Origin: an uncultured Mycoplasmatota bacterium
GTDB taxonomy: Bacteria > Bacillota_I > Bacilli_A > RF39 > UBA660
NCBI GenBank assembly: GCA_900546245.1
Contig: URBY01000001.1
Location: forward strand, 10,038-74,037
Length of the DNA stretch: 64,000 bases
Direction of reading: 5' to 3'
In this document: positions 20,608 through 30,900 of the stretch, one piece after another
Layout: each line of letters starts with the position of its first letter
How positions within the stretch are numbered: the first letter of the stretch is position 1
Translations under genes and position numbers: made by a program
Notes under the pieces: generated by a model
What the model saw: only the letters and a program-made list of their open reading frames with translations
Told to the model about the DNA's origin: nothing
Database searches by the model: none

Positions 20608-21253
20608 TTTTCTTATTTTCTATTAAACATATTAAATTCTTCAATTTTATAAATTTACTATCCTTATTTTTTGTTATATTTATAAGCTTACTATATATTC
20701 TATCTACATCATCTGTTTTTTCATTATAAATTTCATAAAATATATATTTAAGTTTAGAATCCTCATTATTTTTTAACATTTTTTCTAGTTTATTTAATAA
20801 ATATTTTTGAATTTCTCTTTCTTCTCTTGTGCAAAAATTTAATTTTTTATTTTTTTTATTTGTTACTTTGTAATCAATTATAGAATATTTAATATCAGAA
20901 ACATAATCAAGTATTTCCTCTTCTTCATCAACACTTATATTACTTTTCATATAACTTTTTCCATCTGAATCAAATTCTAGTGCAACTACACTTTTTTCAC
21001 AAGCAAAAACACATGAATACTTAATTATTTTAATTGAATTAGGCGCATATACTTCAGTTTTATCTAAAATTAAATTTAAAAAATTTTTGCTTACAATAAT
21101 ATCATTATTTTTTATACTAATAAAATCTTCATAACTTACTTTAAATACAGGTATTTTTAAAATAAATTCTACTTCATCTTCATCTTTCCATTCATAAAAT
21201 TCATATAAATTATTTTTGTTAAAATTTAATGTTATATCATAAATATAATTCAT
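20588..21253 (-). CDS. Hypothetical cytoplasmic protein, 221 aa
   Basis: Strong AGGAGG RBS. No recognisable motif. Confidence 0.45.
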   Translation of the reverse strand: MNYIYDITLNFNKNNLYEFYEWKDEDEVEFILKIPVFKVSYEDFISIKNNDIIVSKNFLNLILDKTEVYAPNSIKIIKYSCVFACEKSVVALEFDSDGKSYMKSNISVDEEEEILDYVSDIKYSIIDYKVTNKKNKKLNFCTREEREIQKYLLNKLEKMLKNNEDSKLKYIFYEIYNEKTDDVDRIYSKLINITKNKDSKFIKLKNLICLIENKKIVSNNS

Positions 21254-21458
21254 TTTCTTTTCCTCCTATAAATGTACTTATAATCATAAAAATTACTCCA
21301 AACACAAAATTTAAACATTCAATACGTCTAATAATAAAATTAACATATTCTAAAAAATTATACCCAATACTTAATAAATTTAAATATATTACTATATATG
21401 ATAAACCAATAACTGTAAGACCAAAACCAAATAAAAATATTAAAAATTTTATAGACAA
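21237..21458 (-). CDS. Small two-TM membrane protein (73 aa), probable TTG start
   Basis: An AGGTGA RBS lies 5 nt before the TTG. Two hydrophobic helices. Overlaps the downstream gene by 17 nt. Confidence 0.3.
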   Translation of the reverse strand: MSIKFLIFLFGFGLTVIGLSYIVIYLNLLSIGYNFLEYVNFIIRRIECLNFVFGVIFMIISTFIGGKENELYL

Positions 21459-21520
21459 ACTTGATCACCTGTTATAATTTTATTTATTATTTTTGAAATT
21501 TATTATATAATTATTATGAG

Positions 21521-22330
21521 GTGAATAAAATGTTATTATTAAAATATTTAATTCTGGGGATAATACAAGGTTTCACAGAACCACTTCCTATTTCATCTAG
21601 TGGACATTTAAGAATATTTAAATCTCTATTCAATAGTGAAGTATTAAGTGATATGAATTTTGAAATCATTGTTAATTTTGGTTCACTTATCGCAATCTTA
21701 ATTCTGTATAGAAAGGAAATAATAAGTATTATTAAAGATTTCTTTATGTATATTAAAACTAAAGAAAAAAAATATAGTACTAATTATAAATATGCATGGC
21801 TTATAGTTATAGGTACTATACCTGCGGCACTTTTAGGTTTATTTGTAAAAGACTTTATTGAAGAATATTTTACAACAAAACTAGTCGGTTTAATGCTTAT
21901 AATTACATCTATACTATTATTTATGATTAAAGATATAAAAGGAAAAAAAGAAAAAAAGGATATGACTTACTTAGATGCACTTAAAATTGGATGTTTTCAA
22001 GTAGTAGCACTTCTTCCTGGAATAAGTAGAAGTGGAGCAACTGTTGTTGGAGGTATGAAATCTAATCTAACAAGAGAAACTGCTCTTAACTATTCATTTA
22101 TGCTTTATATTCCAATAAGTGTAGCAAGTATGGTACTTGGTGTTAAAGATCTTGTTACTGCTGGTAATATTGGAACTCTTGCAATCCCTTATTTAGTAAG
22201 TATGATTGCAGCTGGTATTGTAACATATTTTGCAGCAAAACTATTTATTGACATTATGAAAAAAGGTAAATTAATTTACTTTTCAATATATTGTTTTATA
22301 GTTGGAATAATTACATTTTTAGTATTTTAA
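21521..22330 (+). CDS. uppP: Undecaprenyl-diphosphatase (BacA/UppP), 269 aa
   Basis: N-terminal signature GIIQGFTEPLPISSSGHL and multiple TM helices. GAGGTGA RBS. Confidence 0.85.
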   Translation: MNKMLLLKYLILGIIQGFTEPLPISSSGHLRIFKSLFNSEVLSDMNFEIIVNFGSLIAILILYRKEIISIIKDFFMYIKTKEKKYSTNYKYAWLIVIGTIPAALLGLFVKDFIEEYFTTKLVGLMLIITSILLFMIKDIKGKKEKKDMTYLDALKIGCFQVVALLPGISRSGATVVGGMKSNLTRETALNYSFMLYIPISVASMVLGVKDLVTAGNIGTLAIPYLVSMIAAGIVTYFAAKLFIDIMKKGKLIYFSIYCFIVGIITFLVF

Positions 22331-22352
22331 AAAAACATCATTTGATGTTTTT

Positions 22353-23420
22353 TTATTCAATTATATTTTTATCATCTAATTCTACACTATTTATACTATT
22401 AAACCTTTTAGTAATTTTCTCTGTTGTTGTATGTATATCTTCAATATCTTTATTAACTGTTTGAATACTTCTAGAAAGTTTGTCCCATCTTTCTTTATAT
22501 CTACCAAACTCAATAGATAGTTTTGATAATTCATCTCTTATTACTTTAGCATATTTATCTCTTTCTTCATTTTTAATAATTACCTCAATAGTAGTAAGCG
22601 TACTCATTAACGTTGTTGGAGAAGTTATCCACACCCTTTTTTTATAAGCATATTCAATTATATCACTATGATATGCATTAAGTTCTGCAAATATTGCTTC
22701 TGCAGGTAAAAACATTATTGCTTGATCACTTGTTACACCCTCTATAATATATTTACTAGCTATTGCATCAATATGTTTTTTAACATCACTTTTAAATAGT
22801 TTAGCAGCTGTTTCTCTATCAGATACACTATATCTTTTATCAACCATTATTCTGTAATGTTCTAGAGGAAACTTTGAATCAATTCCAACAAGACCAAGTG
22901 GTTCTGGTGCGAATAATGCTGCATCTACTATTGTACTATTCGGAAGAGTATATTGAAGACGATAAATCTTATCATTCTTTTCACCAAATACACTAGATAA
23001 AATATGTTTTAAGTTTACTTCACCATATATACCTCTACTCTTTTTATCAGTTAATATTCCTTGAAGTGAAACTATATCATTAGATAAAGTATCTATTTTC
23101 TTTTGAGCTTCATCTATTTTACTTAATCTTTCAAGTACTGATGTAAATGTTTTATTAGTTTTCTCAAAATTTTCATCTAGTCTTTCATTTACTTTATCAT
23201 TTATCATGTTTAATCTTAGTTCTATCTTATCATTTAATGCATTAATATCTTCATTAAGATTTTTATTAATATCATTTTTAAAATCATAAAGATCTCTTGT
23301 TACATTATTTTCGAGTTTACCAAGTCTTTCAGTAATATTTCCTTCATTAATATTTTTAAATAAACTTATTGTTACAAGTACAACAAGTAAAATAAGTATT
23401 CCAATTATTATATATTCCAT
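22353..23420 (-). CDS. rmuC: DNA recombination protein RmuC-family, 355 aa
   Basis: N-terminal TM segment, a long coiled-coil and a C-terminal RmuC-like domain. Assigned on architecture. Confidence 0.55.
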   Translation of the reverse strand: MEYIIIGILILLVVLVTISLFKNINEGNITERLGKLENNVTRDLYDFKNDINKNLNEDINALNDKIELRLNMINDKVNERLDENFEKTNKTFTSVLERLSKIDEAQKKIDTLSNDIVSLQGILTDKKSRGIYGEVNLKHILSSVFGEKNDKIYRLQYTLPNSTIVDAALFAPEPLGLVGIDSKFPLEHYRIMVDKRYSVSDRETAAKLFKSDVKKHIDAIASKYIIEGVTSDQAIMFLPAEAIFAELNAYHSDIIEYAYKKRVWITSPTTLMSTLTTIEVIIKNEERDKYAKVIRDELSKLSIEFGRYKERWDKLSRSIQTVNKDIEDIHTTTEKITKRFNSINSVELDDKNIIE

Positions 23421-23432
23421 ATTTTGTACCTC

Positions 23433-23999
23433 CTATTTTATAAATTTATTTGCAAGCCTGCTTACTAAATACGCAATTAAAACCATAAATACGACCTGTG
23501 CGATTGTATATGGATCTGTTATACTTTCAAGTAAACTTTTTCCTATAAATCCCCAAAAATAAACCATTGGTAATTTTCCTATCATAAGAGCTGAAAAATA
23601 TTTTTTAGCATCTATATCAGTTAAACCTGCGGCTATATTAACCGCAAATGCAGGTGTAAATGGTAAAGCAATTAATATAACTAAATTGCTATACGATAAT
23701 TTATTAATATATTTTTTAAACTTCTTAACTTTTTCGTTATTTCCATATTTCTTTTCAAATTTATTACGTAGTTTTCTACATAAATAAAATGAAATCATAC
23801 AACCAGTAACCGTTGCTACCCAAGATAATATAAAACCAAATAATGACCCAAAAGTCATAATATTAAGTGCTATAAAAACAGCAAGTGGTAAAACAGGTAT
23901 CATTGATTCAAATATAATAAGCAAAAATCCTGATATAAATCCAAGACTACCCATTAAATCTGTTGCTTTACTAATTAATTCTGTTAAAAATGTTTCCAT
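23433..23999 (-). CDS. DedA/TVP38 (SNARE-associated) family membrane protein, 188 aa
   Basis: Polytopic 188-aa protein with DedA-like topology. Confidence 0.5.
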   Translation of the reverse strand: METFLTELISKATDLMGSLGFISGFLLIIFESMIPVLPLAVFIALNIMTFGSLFGFILSWVATVTGCMISFYLCRKLRNKFEKKYGNNEKVKKFKKYINKLSYSNLVILIALPFTPAFAVNIAAGLTDIDAKKYFSALMIGKLPMVYFWGFIGKSLLESITDPYTIAQVVFMVLIAYLVSRLANKFIK

Positions 24000-24070
24000 G
24001 TTATCCTCCTTTAATATTATAAACCATTTTTAATACAAAAAAAATAAGTTTTTTAAACTTAACTTATTTT

Positions 24071-24340
24071 TTATATAAAACCTTCATACCCATCTATTAC
24101 ATTAACTACATCGTATCCCATTACTTCAAGAAATTTACAGCATCTTTTACTTTTAAATCCTTCTGTACAATATATGTAATATGTTTTATCTTTATCCAAA
24201 TACATATTAGGCATATCTGTTAAATTATTCATATCAATATTTTTTGAATTATATATATGTCCTTTCATATATGCACCTTTTGTTCTTAAATCAATTATAT
24301 TGTATTCTGGTTTTAAATCACATGCTTTTATATTTTTCAT
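24071..24340 (-). CDS. Single-domain rhodanese-like sulfurtransferase, 89 aa
   Basis: 89-aa rhodanese fold with an active-site Cys loop YCTEGFKS. Confidence 0.6.
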   Translation of the reverse strand: MKNIKACDLKPEYNIIDLRTKGAYMKGHIYNSKNIDMNNLTDMPNMYLDKDKTYYIYCTEGFKSKRCCKFLEVMGYDVVNVIDGYEGFI

Positions 24341-24403
24341 ATTTCCACCAGTCCACTATATAATATGAAAATATTTATTTTATAACTATATCAATAGCCT
24401 AAA

Positions 24404-24492
24404 GAAAAAAATGCACAAAATATTGAAAATATTGTGCATTCTTATATTTTTTAAGCACTATTTTGCGCAATCATTGTGCATTTTTTATTCTT
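24404..24492. repeat. Direct repeat copy A (about 87 bp) carrying two palindromic hairpins; the 3' flank of the Fic gene
   Basis: …AATGCACAAAATATTGAAAATATTGTGCATT…TGCGCAATCATTGTGCATTTTTTATTCTT. About 85% identical to copy B at 25604-25690. Includes the stop and last codon of Fic. Confidence 0.6.
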
Positions 24493-25567
24493 TTCCTACA
24501 AATACATTATATATTTCACTATATCTATATGCTAGTTTTGCATAATTATCATCAATATCTAATATACCTATTTTAACAAGCTCATCAATTAATGTTGAAA
24601 CTGTATTTCTTGATACACCAGATTCTTCTTCTATCTCTTTTTTTGTAAATACAATTTGATGTATTAATGATGGCATAATTCTATAAACAGCATTACTATT
24701 GAGTGTTTTAATTTTTTGCATATCTTTATTATATATTTCTTTAATTCTATTTATTTTAGCAATATAATTATTACACTGTTCAATAATACACTGCAAAAAG
24801 AATTTAATAAATCCAGCCATATTACCTTTTCTACTTTCATTTAAATATTTATGATAACTTGGTTTATAAAGTTCAATTACTTCTGATAAAAAAAGTATTG
24901 GTTTATCATCAGTTAACATTGCAAGTTGTATTGGAATAAGTGCTCTACCTAATCTTCCATTACCATCTCTATATGCATGTATTGTTTCAAATTGAGAATG
25001 AGAAATAGCCATATTTACAAATATTGGATCAATAAATTCATCATTCATATATTTAAATAAATTATCTAAAAGAATTGGAACATCTTCCGGAATAGGAGGA
25101 ACATAAATAGCCTCTTTAATTGTACATCCTCTTGGACCAATCCAATTTTGAATATTTCTAATTTTTCCAGGTTCTTTATTTTGACCTCTAACACTATCTA
25201 ATAATATCTTATGAATATTATTTACAAAAACTAAATCTATTTTTCTATTTGTCTTGATATAATTTTCCGAATATTCAATTACTTCTTTTAAATTTTGTAT
25301 CTCACTCTTCTCATCATTATTTGGCATATATTTTATATAATACATATCATCTTGAGAAATTTGTGTTCCTTCAATTTGTGTAGATTTCAAACTTTCGCTT
25401 AAGATAATTGAATCTAAAAAATATCTTGAGTCAAAATCAATATTTTTTAAATAAGTTTTATACTCTCCATATTTTTCATTTGCCTCAGATAATAACTTTA
25501 ATAACTCTTTATCAATTTTATATTCAATTGGTAACTCATTTACTTTAATTGGTTCCATTTTCATCAC
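24485..25567 (-). CDS. Fic-family protein (AMPylation-type motif, probable N-terminal inhibitory helix, C-terminal winged-helix), 360 aa
   Basis: Canonical Fic motif HAYRDGNGRLGR. An upstream STQIEG matches the (S/T)xxxE(G/N) auto-inhibition motif. C-terminus is wHTH-like (…VSRNTVSTLIDELVKIGIL…). Confidence 0.8.
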   Translation of the reverse strand: MMKMEPIKVNELPIEYKIDKELLKLLSEANEKYGEYKTYLKNIDFDSRYFLDSIILSESLKSTQIEGTQISQDDMYYIKYMPNNDEKSEIQNLKEVIEYSENYIKTNRKIDLVFVNNIHKILLDSVRGQNKEPGKIRNIQNWIGPRGCTIKEAIYVPPIPEDVPILLDNLFKYMNDEFIDPIFVNMAISHSQFETIHAYRDGNGRLGRALIPIQLAMLTDDKPILFLSEVIELYKPSYHKYLNESRKGNMAGFIKFFLQCIIEQCNNYIAKINRIKEIYNKDMQKIKTLNSNAVYRIMPSLIHQIVFTKKEIEEESGVSRNTVSTLIDELVKIGILDIDDNYAKLAYRYSEIYNVFVGKE

Positions 25568-25603
25568 CTATCGAGATATTAACATTTTTTTTATTAAAAG
25601 TAA

Positions 25604-25690
25604 AGAAAATGCACAATATTTTCGATATTTTGTGCATTTTTACTTTTTTTAGACACTATTTTGCACAATGATTGTGCATTTTTTATTCTT
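25604..25690. repeat. Direct repeat copy B (about 87 bp) at the 3' end of the T4CP gene
   Basis: …AATGCACAATATTTTCGATATTTTGTGCATT…TGCACAATGATTGTGCATTTTTTATTCTT. Perfect palindrome TGCACAAT-G-ATTGTGCA plus a T-run, so it is terminator-like. Includes the stop and last codon of the coupling-protein gene. Confidence 0.6.
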
Positions 25691-27926
25691 CAAAGAAGAA
25701 ATCATCAAAGAAATCATCATAATCAGAATCATTATCTTTTTTGACATTATTTTTTTGTTCTTCTTTATTTTCATTATCCATTTTTTCTTTATCATCTTTT
25801 ATTTTAAAGTTTTCAAAATCAACCATATTACTATGAATAATCTCATTTACATTTGGATCAGTTGATATATTTCTTGTATCAAATAATTTTTCTTCTTCAC
25901 TATTACTCTTAATAGGTTCTGGTTCTGATGCAGGTTTATCTATATTTTTTTCTTCTAAATTATTAATTACTTCTTCTTTAGATTCTATTTTTTTATTTTT
26001 TTCTGCTTCTTGTTTCTTCTTTTCTTCTTCCTCTTCTTTTTCAAGTTCAGCAATTTTAGCATCAATTTCCTTGATCATTTTATCAATATCCATATCTGAA
26101 CCCATACCTTTTATACCACCAAAAGGATTCATACCAAAAGGTGAACCACCACCCATTGGTGAAGAAGAATTACCATCAAAACCTGCATTTTGAAGCTTTT
26201 CTTGTTTTTGTTTTCTAACAAATTCTTTCAAATCAAATGTTTTAATCTCATCCATAGTTCTTTGTGGATAAACAACATTTTTTCCATAGTGATCAACACC
26301 TCTACCAAAACCAAAATCAGTATCCCAGTCCATTTTTAGTTTTCCCCTGAAAGGCGCACATCTTTGTTTAATTAATATGATTTCATCAGGCTTCATTCTT
26401 TGAAGTTCTGATACAGTAACAAGAGGTCTTGTTTCTTCTTTTTTATCTTTACCAACTCTAACAAGTTTATCACCACATAATTTACTAATTTCTTCCAAAG
26501 CTGATAATTCTCCTGTTAATAAATATATTAAGTTACCACAGTTACCACGAATAGTTTCAGCATCATGATCACCATAATTTTGTTTTAACTGTGCAAAATT
26601 CTGAATGATAAATGTAAATCTAATTTGTCTTGAACGAGCAGCAGTAACCATTGTTGTAATATCTTTAAACTTAGGCATGTTAGCAAACTCATCAAGTAAG
26701 AAATTTGTTCTAACAGGAAGTTTTCCACCATGTTGTTGTGCAACATTTATTAAAGCTTCATAACATTGTTTAACAAATATAGTAGCAAGTGAATGGTATG
26801 TTGTTTTTTCATCTTGTATAATCATAAATACTGCTGTTGGTTTTTCACCTATACTATCCATATCAAAATCACTCTTAGAAAGCATTTCAGATAAGTTTTT
26901 AGTAACAGCTAGTGTTTTAACCTTGTCCTTTAATACAGATACGATACCACCTTTTGTTTCATTTGGTGCATTAACTGTACCTAAAGCATTAACACATGCT
27001 GGCGAAGCTGGATCTTTAGCATTAAAATATTCCTTTAAATAGTTTGATGCACCATATTTATCTTCACCTGTTGTCATCATTAAATTAACACTATTTATAT
27101 TTATTTCTTCTTCTGGAGCATCCTCAAATAAAGCAAGTGATAAACCTGTTAAATAACTAGCAGCAGAATTTTGCCAGAATGGATCTTGTCCTTGACCATC
27201 TACAACTATATTAAGTGATAAGTCATTTAAAAGTTCATTTGCTTTATCAAAATTACCTTCCTTTTGATATTTGTATGGTAAATGATAAGGATTCCAACAG
27301 TTACCTTTTTGTGGATCACGGAAATTAAGTATTATAATTTGATAACCTAGTTCCCTCATTATTCCAGAATTATCATTATATATTTCACCTTTAGGGTCAG
27401 ATATAATCATTGATTCTCTACCCTTTATAAGCATTTGAACAGTTGGATTAATTATACCTTGAGTTTTACCTGAACCTGTCGCACCAATAACAAGTGTATG
27501 ACTTTCACCATTATCTACATAAGCTGCTTCTTTATCATATACTAAAGGTGTACCACCTGCTTTTGCTTCTTTTTCAACATATGGAACTCTTACAACACCT
27601 TTGGCTTTTTTTATTTCTCCCTCTTTTGCCCATCTAGCATAACCATCTTCTTTTTTCTCACTAGTATAACCAAAACCTTTTTCTCTAGTAAAGAAATATG
27701 ATGATGTACTTGCAAATAGAAATGCAATAGAAGCAATCCAAAGCATTATTGTTACACCAATATATTTTGGAGTAAACGCTAAAAATGGATTTAATCCCCA
27801 AGGTGTACCTTCATTTATAATAAATGAGAAATTAAGTACACATAAACATACTAAATAAAGCATAAAAACAGATATTACTGCAAACGCTATTACATCTTTT
27901 TTTTCTGCCCTAAACTTTAATTTCAT
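25683..27926 (-). CDS. Type IV secretion coupling protein (VirD4/TraG-family T4CP), 747 aa
   Basis: N-terminal TM helices, Walker A VIGATGSGKTQG, Walker-B-like FLLDEFANM and an acidic/charged C-terminal tail. Confidence 0.7.
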   Translation of the reverse strand: MKLKFRAEKKDVIAFAVISVFMLYLVCLCVLNFSFIINEGTPWGLNPFLAFTPKYIGVTIMLWIASIAFLFASTSSYFFTREKGFGYTSEKKEDGYARWAKEGEIKKAKGVVRVPYVEKEAKAGGTPLVYDKEAAYVDNGESHTLVIGATGSGKTQGIINPTVQMLIKGRESMIISDPKGEIYNDNSGIMRELGYQIIILNFRDPQKGNCWNPYHLPYKYQKEGNFDKANELLNDLSLNIVVDGQGQDPFWQNSAASYLTGLSLALFEDAPEEEININSVNLMMTTGEDKYGASNYLKEYFNAKDPASPACVNALGTVNAPNETKGGIVSVLKDKVKTLAVTKNLSEMLSKSDFDMDSIGEKPTAVFMIIQDEKTTYHSLATIFVKQCYEALINVAQQHGGKLPVRTNFLLDEFANMPKFKDITTMVTAARSRQIRFTFIIQNFAQLKQNYGDHDAETIRGNCGNLIYLLTGELSALEEISKLCGDKLVRVGKDKKEETRPLVTVSELQRMKPDEIILIKQRCAPFRGKLKMDWDTDFGFGRGVDHYGKNVVYPQRTMDEIKTFDLKEFVRKQKQEKLQNAGFDGNSSSPMGGGSPFGMNPFGGIKGMGSDMDIDKMIKEIDAKIAELEKEEEEEKKKQEAEKNKKIESKEEVINNLEEKNIDKPASEPEPIKSNSEEEKLFDTRNISTDPNVNEIIHSNMVDFENFKIKDDKEKMDNENKEEQKNNVKKDNDSDYDDFFDDFFFEE

Positions 27927-27969
27927 AAAATCTCTTCCTTCTTATCAATTTACTATATTATAACAAAAA

Positions 27970-27993
27970 AATAAGTATTTTGAAATACTTATT
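27970..27993 (-). terminator. Intra-operon intrinsic terminator/attenuator between the hydrolase and T4CP genes
   Basis: Perfect 10-bp stem AATAAGTATT / AATACTTATT with a 4-nt loop. The A-run on the plus strand gives a U7 run on the minus transcript. Confidence 0.45.
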
Positions 27994-27996
27994 TAA

Positions 27997-30900
27997 TTAT
28001 TGGTTTGCATATCTATTATAAATTTGATTTGCATTCGATACTCTTGAATTCTGAGCACTTATTGATTGGTCTGCAGGACGTTCAAACTTAAGCATAAACG
28101 CTTTTGTAGCAGAATCAACACTAACATTAGGATTTTGCAATGTATTATATAGGTCACTAAACTGAGTTGGAAGTATTCTATTAAGATAATCTATTTGCAT
28201 TGCAGTATCACCAATAGACAATTTTCTTTCAGTTTTTGCATAATCATACAATCCTTCTTTTAATGTGTAGTAAGTCCACTGGACAATACCATATCCTCCA
28301 CCATTTGGTCCATTTTTAGAAAATGAAGTACGATTTATAGACCCTTTATCTACATTATCTGTATAAGTAATACTCGTTTCTGTAACACTACCATTCCCAG
28401 ATGTATCACCTTGTAAAACTCTACCATCAAATGTTGCCGCAGATTCAGTATACATATTTCCCATTATACCAGCAACAGCAGTTTTAGGATATCCTAAACC
28501 TACTAAATAGTTCCAAACTGCTTCTTCATTATTTGAACCAGCAAATATACCTCCAGAAGAACATTGAATAAATAAATTTGTTGGATCAATAGCTGAATCC
28601 TGATCATTATGAAATTCAAAATGTAACCCTGGATTAGATGAAGCACCAATCACTCCAATTTTAGTACCTTTTGATACATTAGTTCCTTTTGTAAGAGTTA
28701 CAGAATCTAAATTATTATATACTGAGTAAAAATTATATTCATTATTACCAATAACAATATTATGTTTTATCTTAACCCAAGATCCATATGTATCATTCAC
28801 TGAACCACCAATAGCATTTTTTATATTATTTACAAGGATAGCTTGACCACTAGAATTTAAATGTAAACCATCATTTGTATATGAAGACTTAATATATCCA
28901 TTTGATTCATTAAGTCCATTTGTTACATCAACATATGTTGCCCAAGAATTTGATGAACACCAAGAACTCATAGTTTGATTAAAGCTATCTATCATAGCAT
29001 TTGTAACAGAACCTCTATACTTAGTTCCAACATGATATACACTATTAACATATATTTGAGCACTTGGATATCTTGTATGAAGACTATTTAACATATTTTG
29101 CATATTTGAAGTCTGACTAACATTATTTACCCCTAACATAACTGATATACCATTTGCAGTACTTGGCAAAGCAATTCTTGTTCCTAACACAGTACCACTA
29201 CCATTACTTGCTACGCTCTCCCACTGTGCTGGAGTAGAACTTGTAACCGCCGCTACTGTGTTATTTTGACCTAAACCTTCAAGATTACTTTTAATTCCTA
29301 CATATCTTGAATCACCTATAAATAAATAATTTGATATTGATGATGTACTTTGATTTGAACTTCCACTTGTTCCAACACTATCAACAACACCATTTGCAAT
29401 AGCAAATACATCAGTTCCAGCTGAAACACCTGCAGTAGATGAATTTAAATCAACACCTCCATGAAATCCAGCAGAAGTAACACCAAAAGAATTATTTTCA
29501 CCAAAAGAAACCGTTGTTCCTTCTGGTATATTTACAGGTTTTTGAAGTTCGGATACTAAATTTGCATCAATTGCTCCCAAACAACTATCAGCATAACCTT
29601 CACTATCAGAATCAATATATTGTAAAAATATATCTTTAAATAAATTTTTATTTGATACTATATCTTTATATAAATATTCCTTTTTTTCTTCTCTTGCATC
29701 TCCTGTAAGTCCACCTAACATACTTCTAAACTCAGGCATACGTTCAAAATAGTAATTCATTAAATAATTTTTATAATTTTCTTCATCAAAAGCAAATTGT
29801 CTATATGTTACTTTTATACCTGTAAGTGATACATCAACATCTGTTATATCTGCAATACCATAAAATATATCACTAACGAGCACTTTAAACGTATCTACAA
29901 AATCTCCACCAATTAATGATAAATTTTGAAAATATTCTCCGGAATATTTTGATCCTATGGCATCCGCATATATTTCATTAAACGGTAATAATATCGAAGT
30001 AAATGTATAGGCTACGAAATCAGATAGCATATCCTTTACATCATTAGCGATATTACTACCATATTCATCTAAAAAATCGGATAAAGATACTGTTTTTGTT
30101 GGCCCTTTTCTCTCTGATAAACCAAATGAATTTGTATAAAATTGGTTCCTAGCTAGTTTACGTAACCTATATATTTTACCAACATTATATGTAAGGCCAT
30201 CTTCTCCTACAGTTTCTTTTGACATGTCATATTTTTCTCTCAAATATTCTTTTACAACATTTTGACTACCAGAATTAGACCCTATTGATGATCCATCAAG
30301 AACAGAATCATCATCCATTTCACCATATTCAGTATCATAACCCATGCCTTCTGTATAAAATAATGTTGCCAAAATAAGAGGTACATCCATACCGGTTTCA
30401 TCGTTTGAACAACCATATCTATCGCACAAATCATCTAATTCATCATAAAAAGCCTCTTTTGAATCTTGAAATCCAAAACCATTATAAAAATTAGTTAACT
30501 TTTCACTAAAATCTGCAGTCTTAGTAATAGCTTCATCTATATTACCCCAAACTTCCATTAATGGACCTAGTATTAATTCTATTACAAAAAATGCAAGTGC
30601 TAAACCTAGAATTAAACCTGCTGCATATGGTGCAATTGCAAGCAATATTTTTTTTGCTACCTTTTTGGCAGCTGTTTTTACAGCTGCCTCAGCAGTACTC
30701 TTAGCAGCTTCTATAGGATGCCTTGCTTGATATGCTTTAGATTTTAAATTATCTTTTTTTGCATTAAAAATATCTTTTTTAGCATCTTTTAAATTATTTT
30801 TTTCTTTTTTCTCATTTGCTTTTGCTTCTTTAGCTTCTGATTTAGCATTTTTATATTCTTCCTTATCAGAACTAGTTCTTTGTCCTCTTGGGATAGAATT

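Noticed and set aside
25668-25865. 65-aa plus-strand ORF overlapping the 3' end of the coupling-protein gene
   Set aside because: It is antisense to the acidic C-terminal tail (poly-Glu/Asp gives a poly-Phe/Ile antisense frame) and has no RBS.
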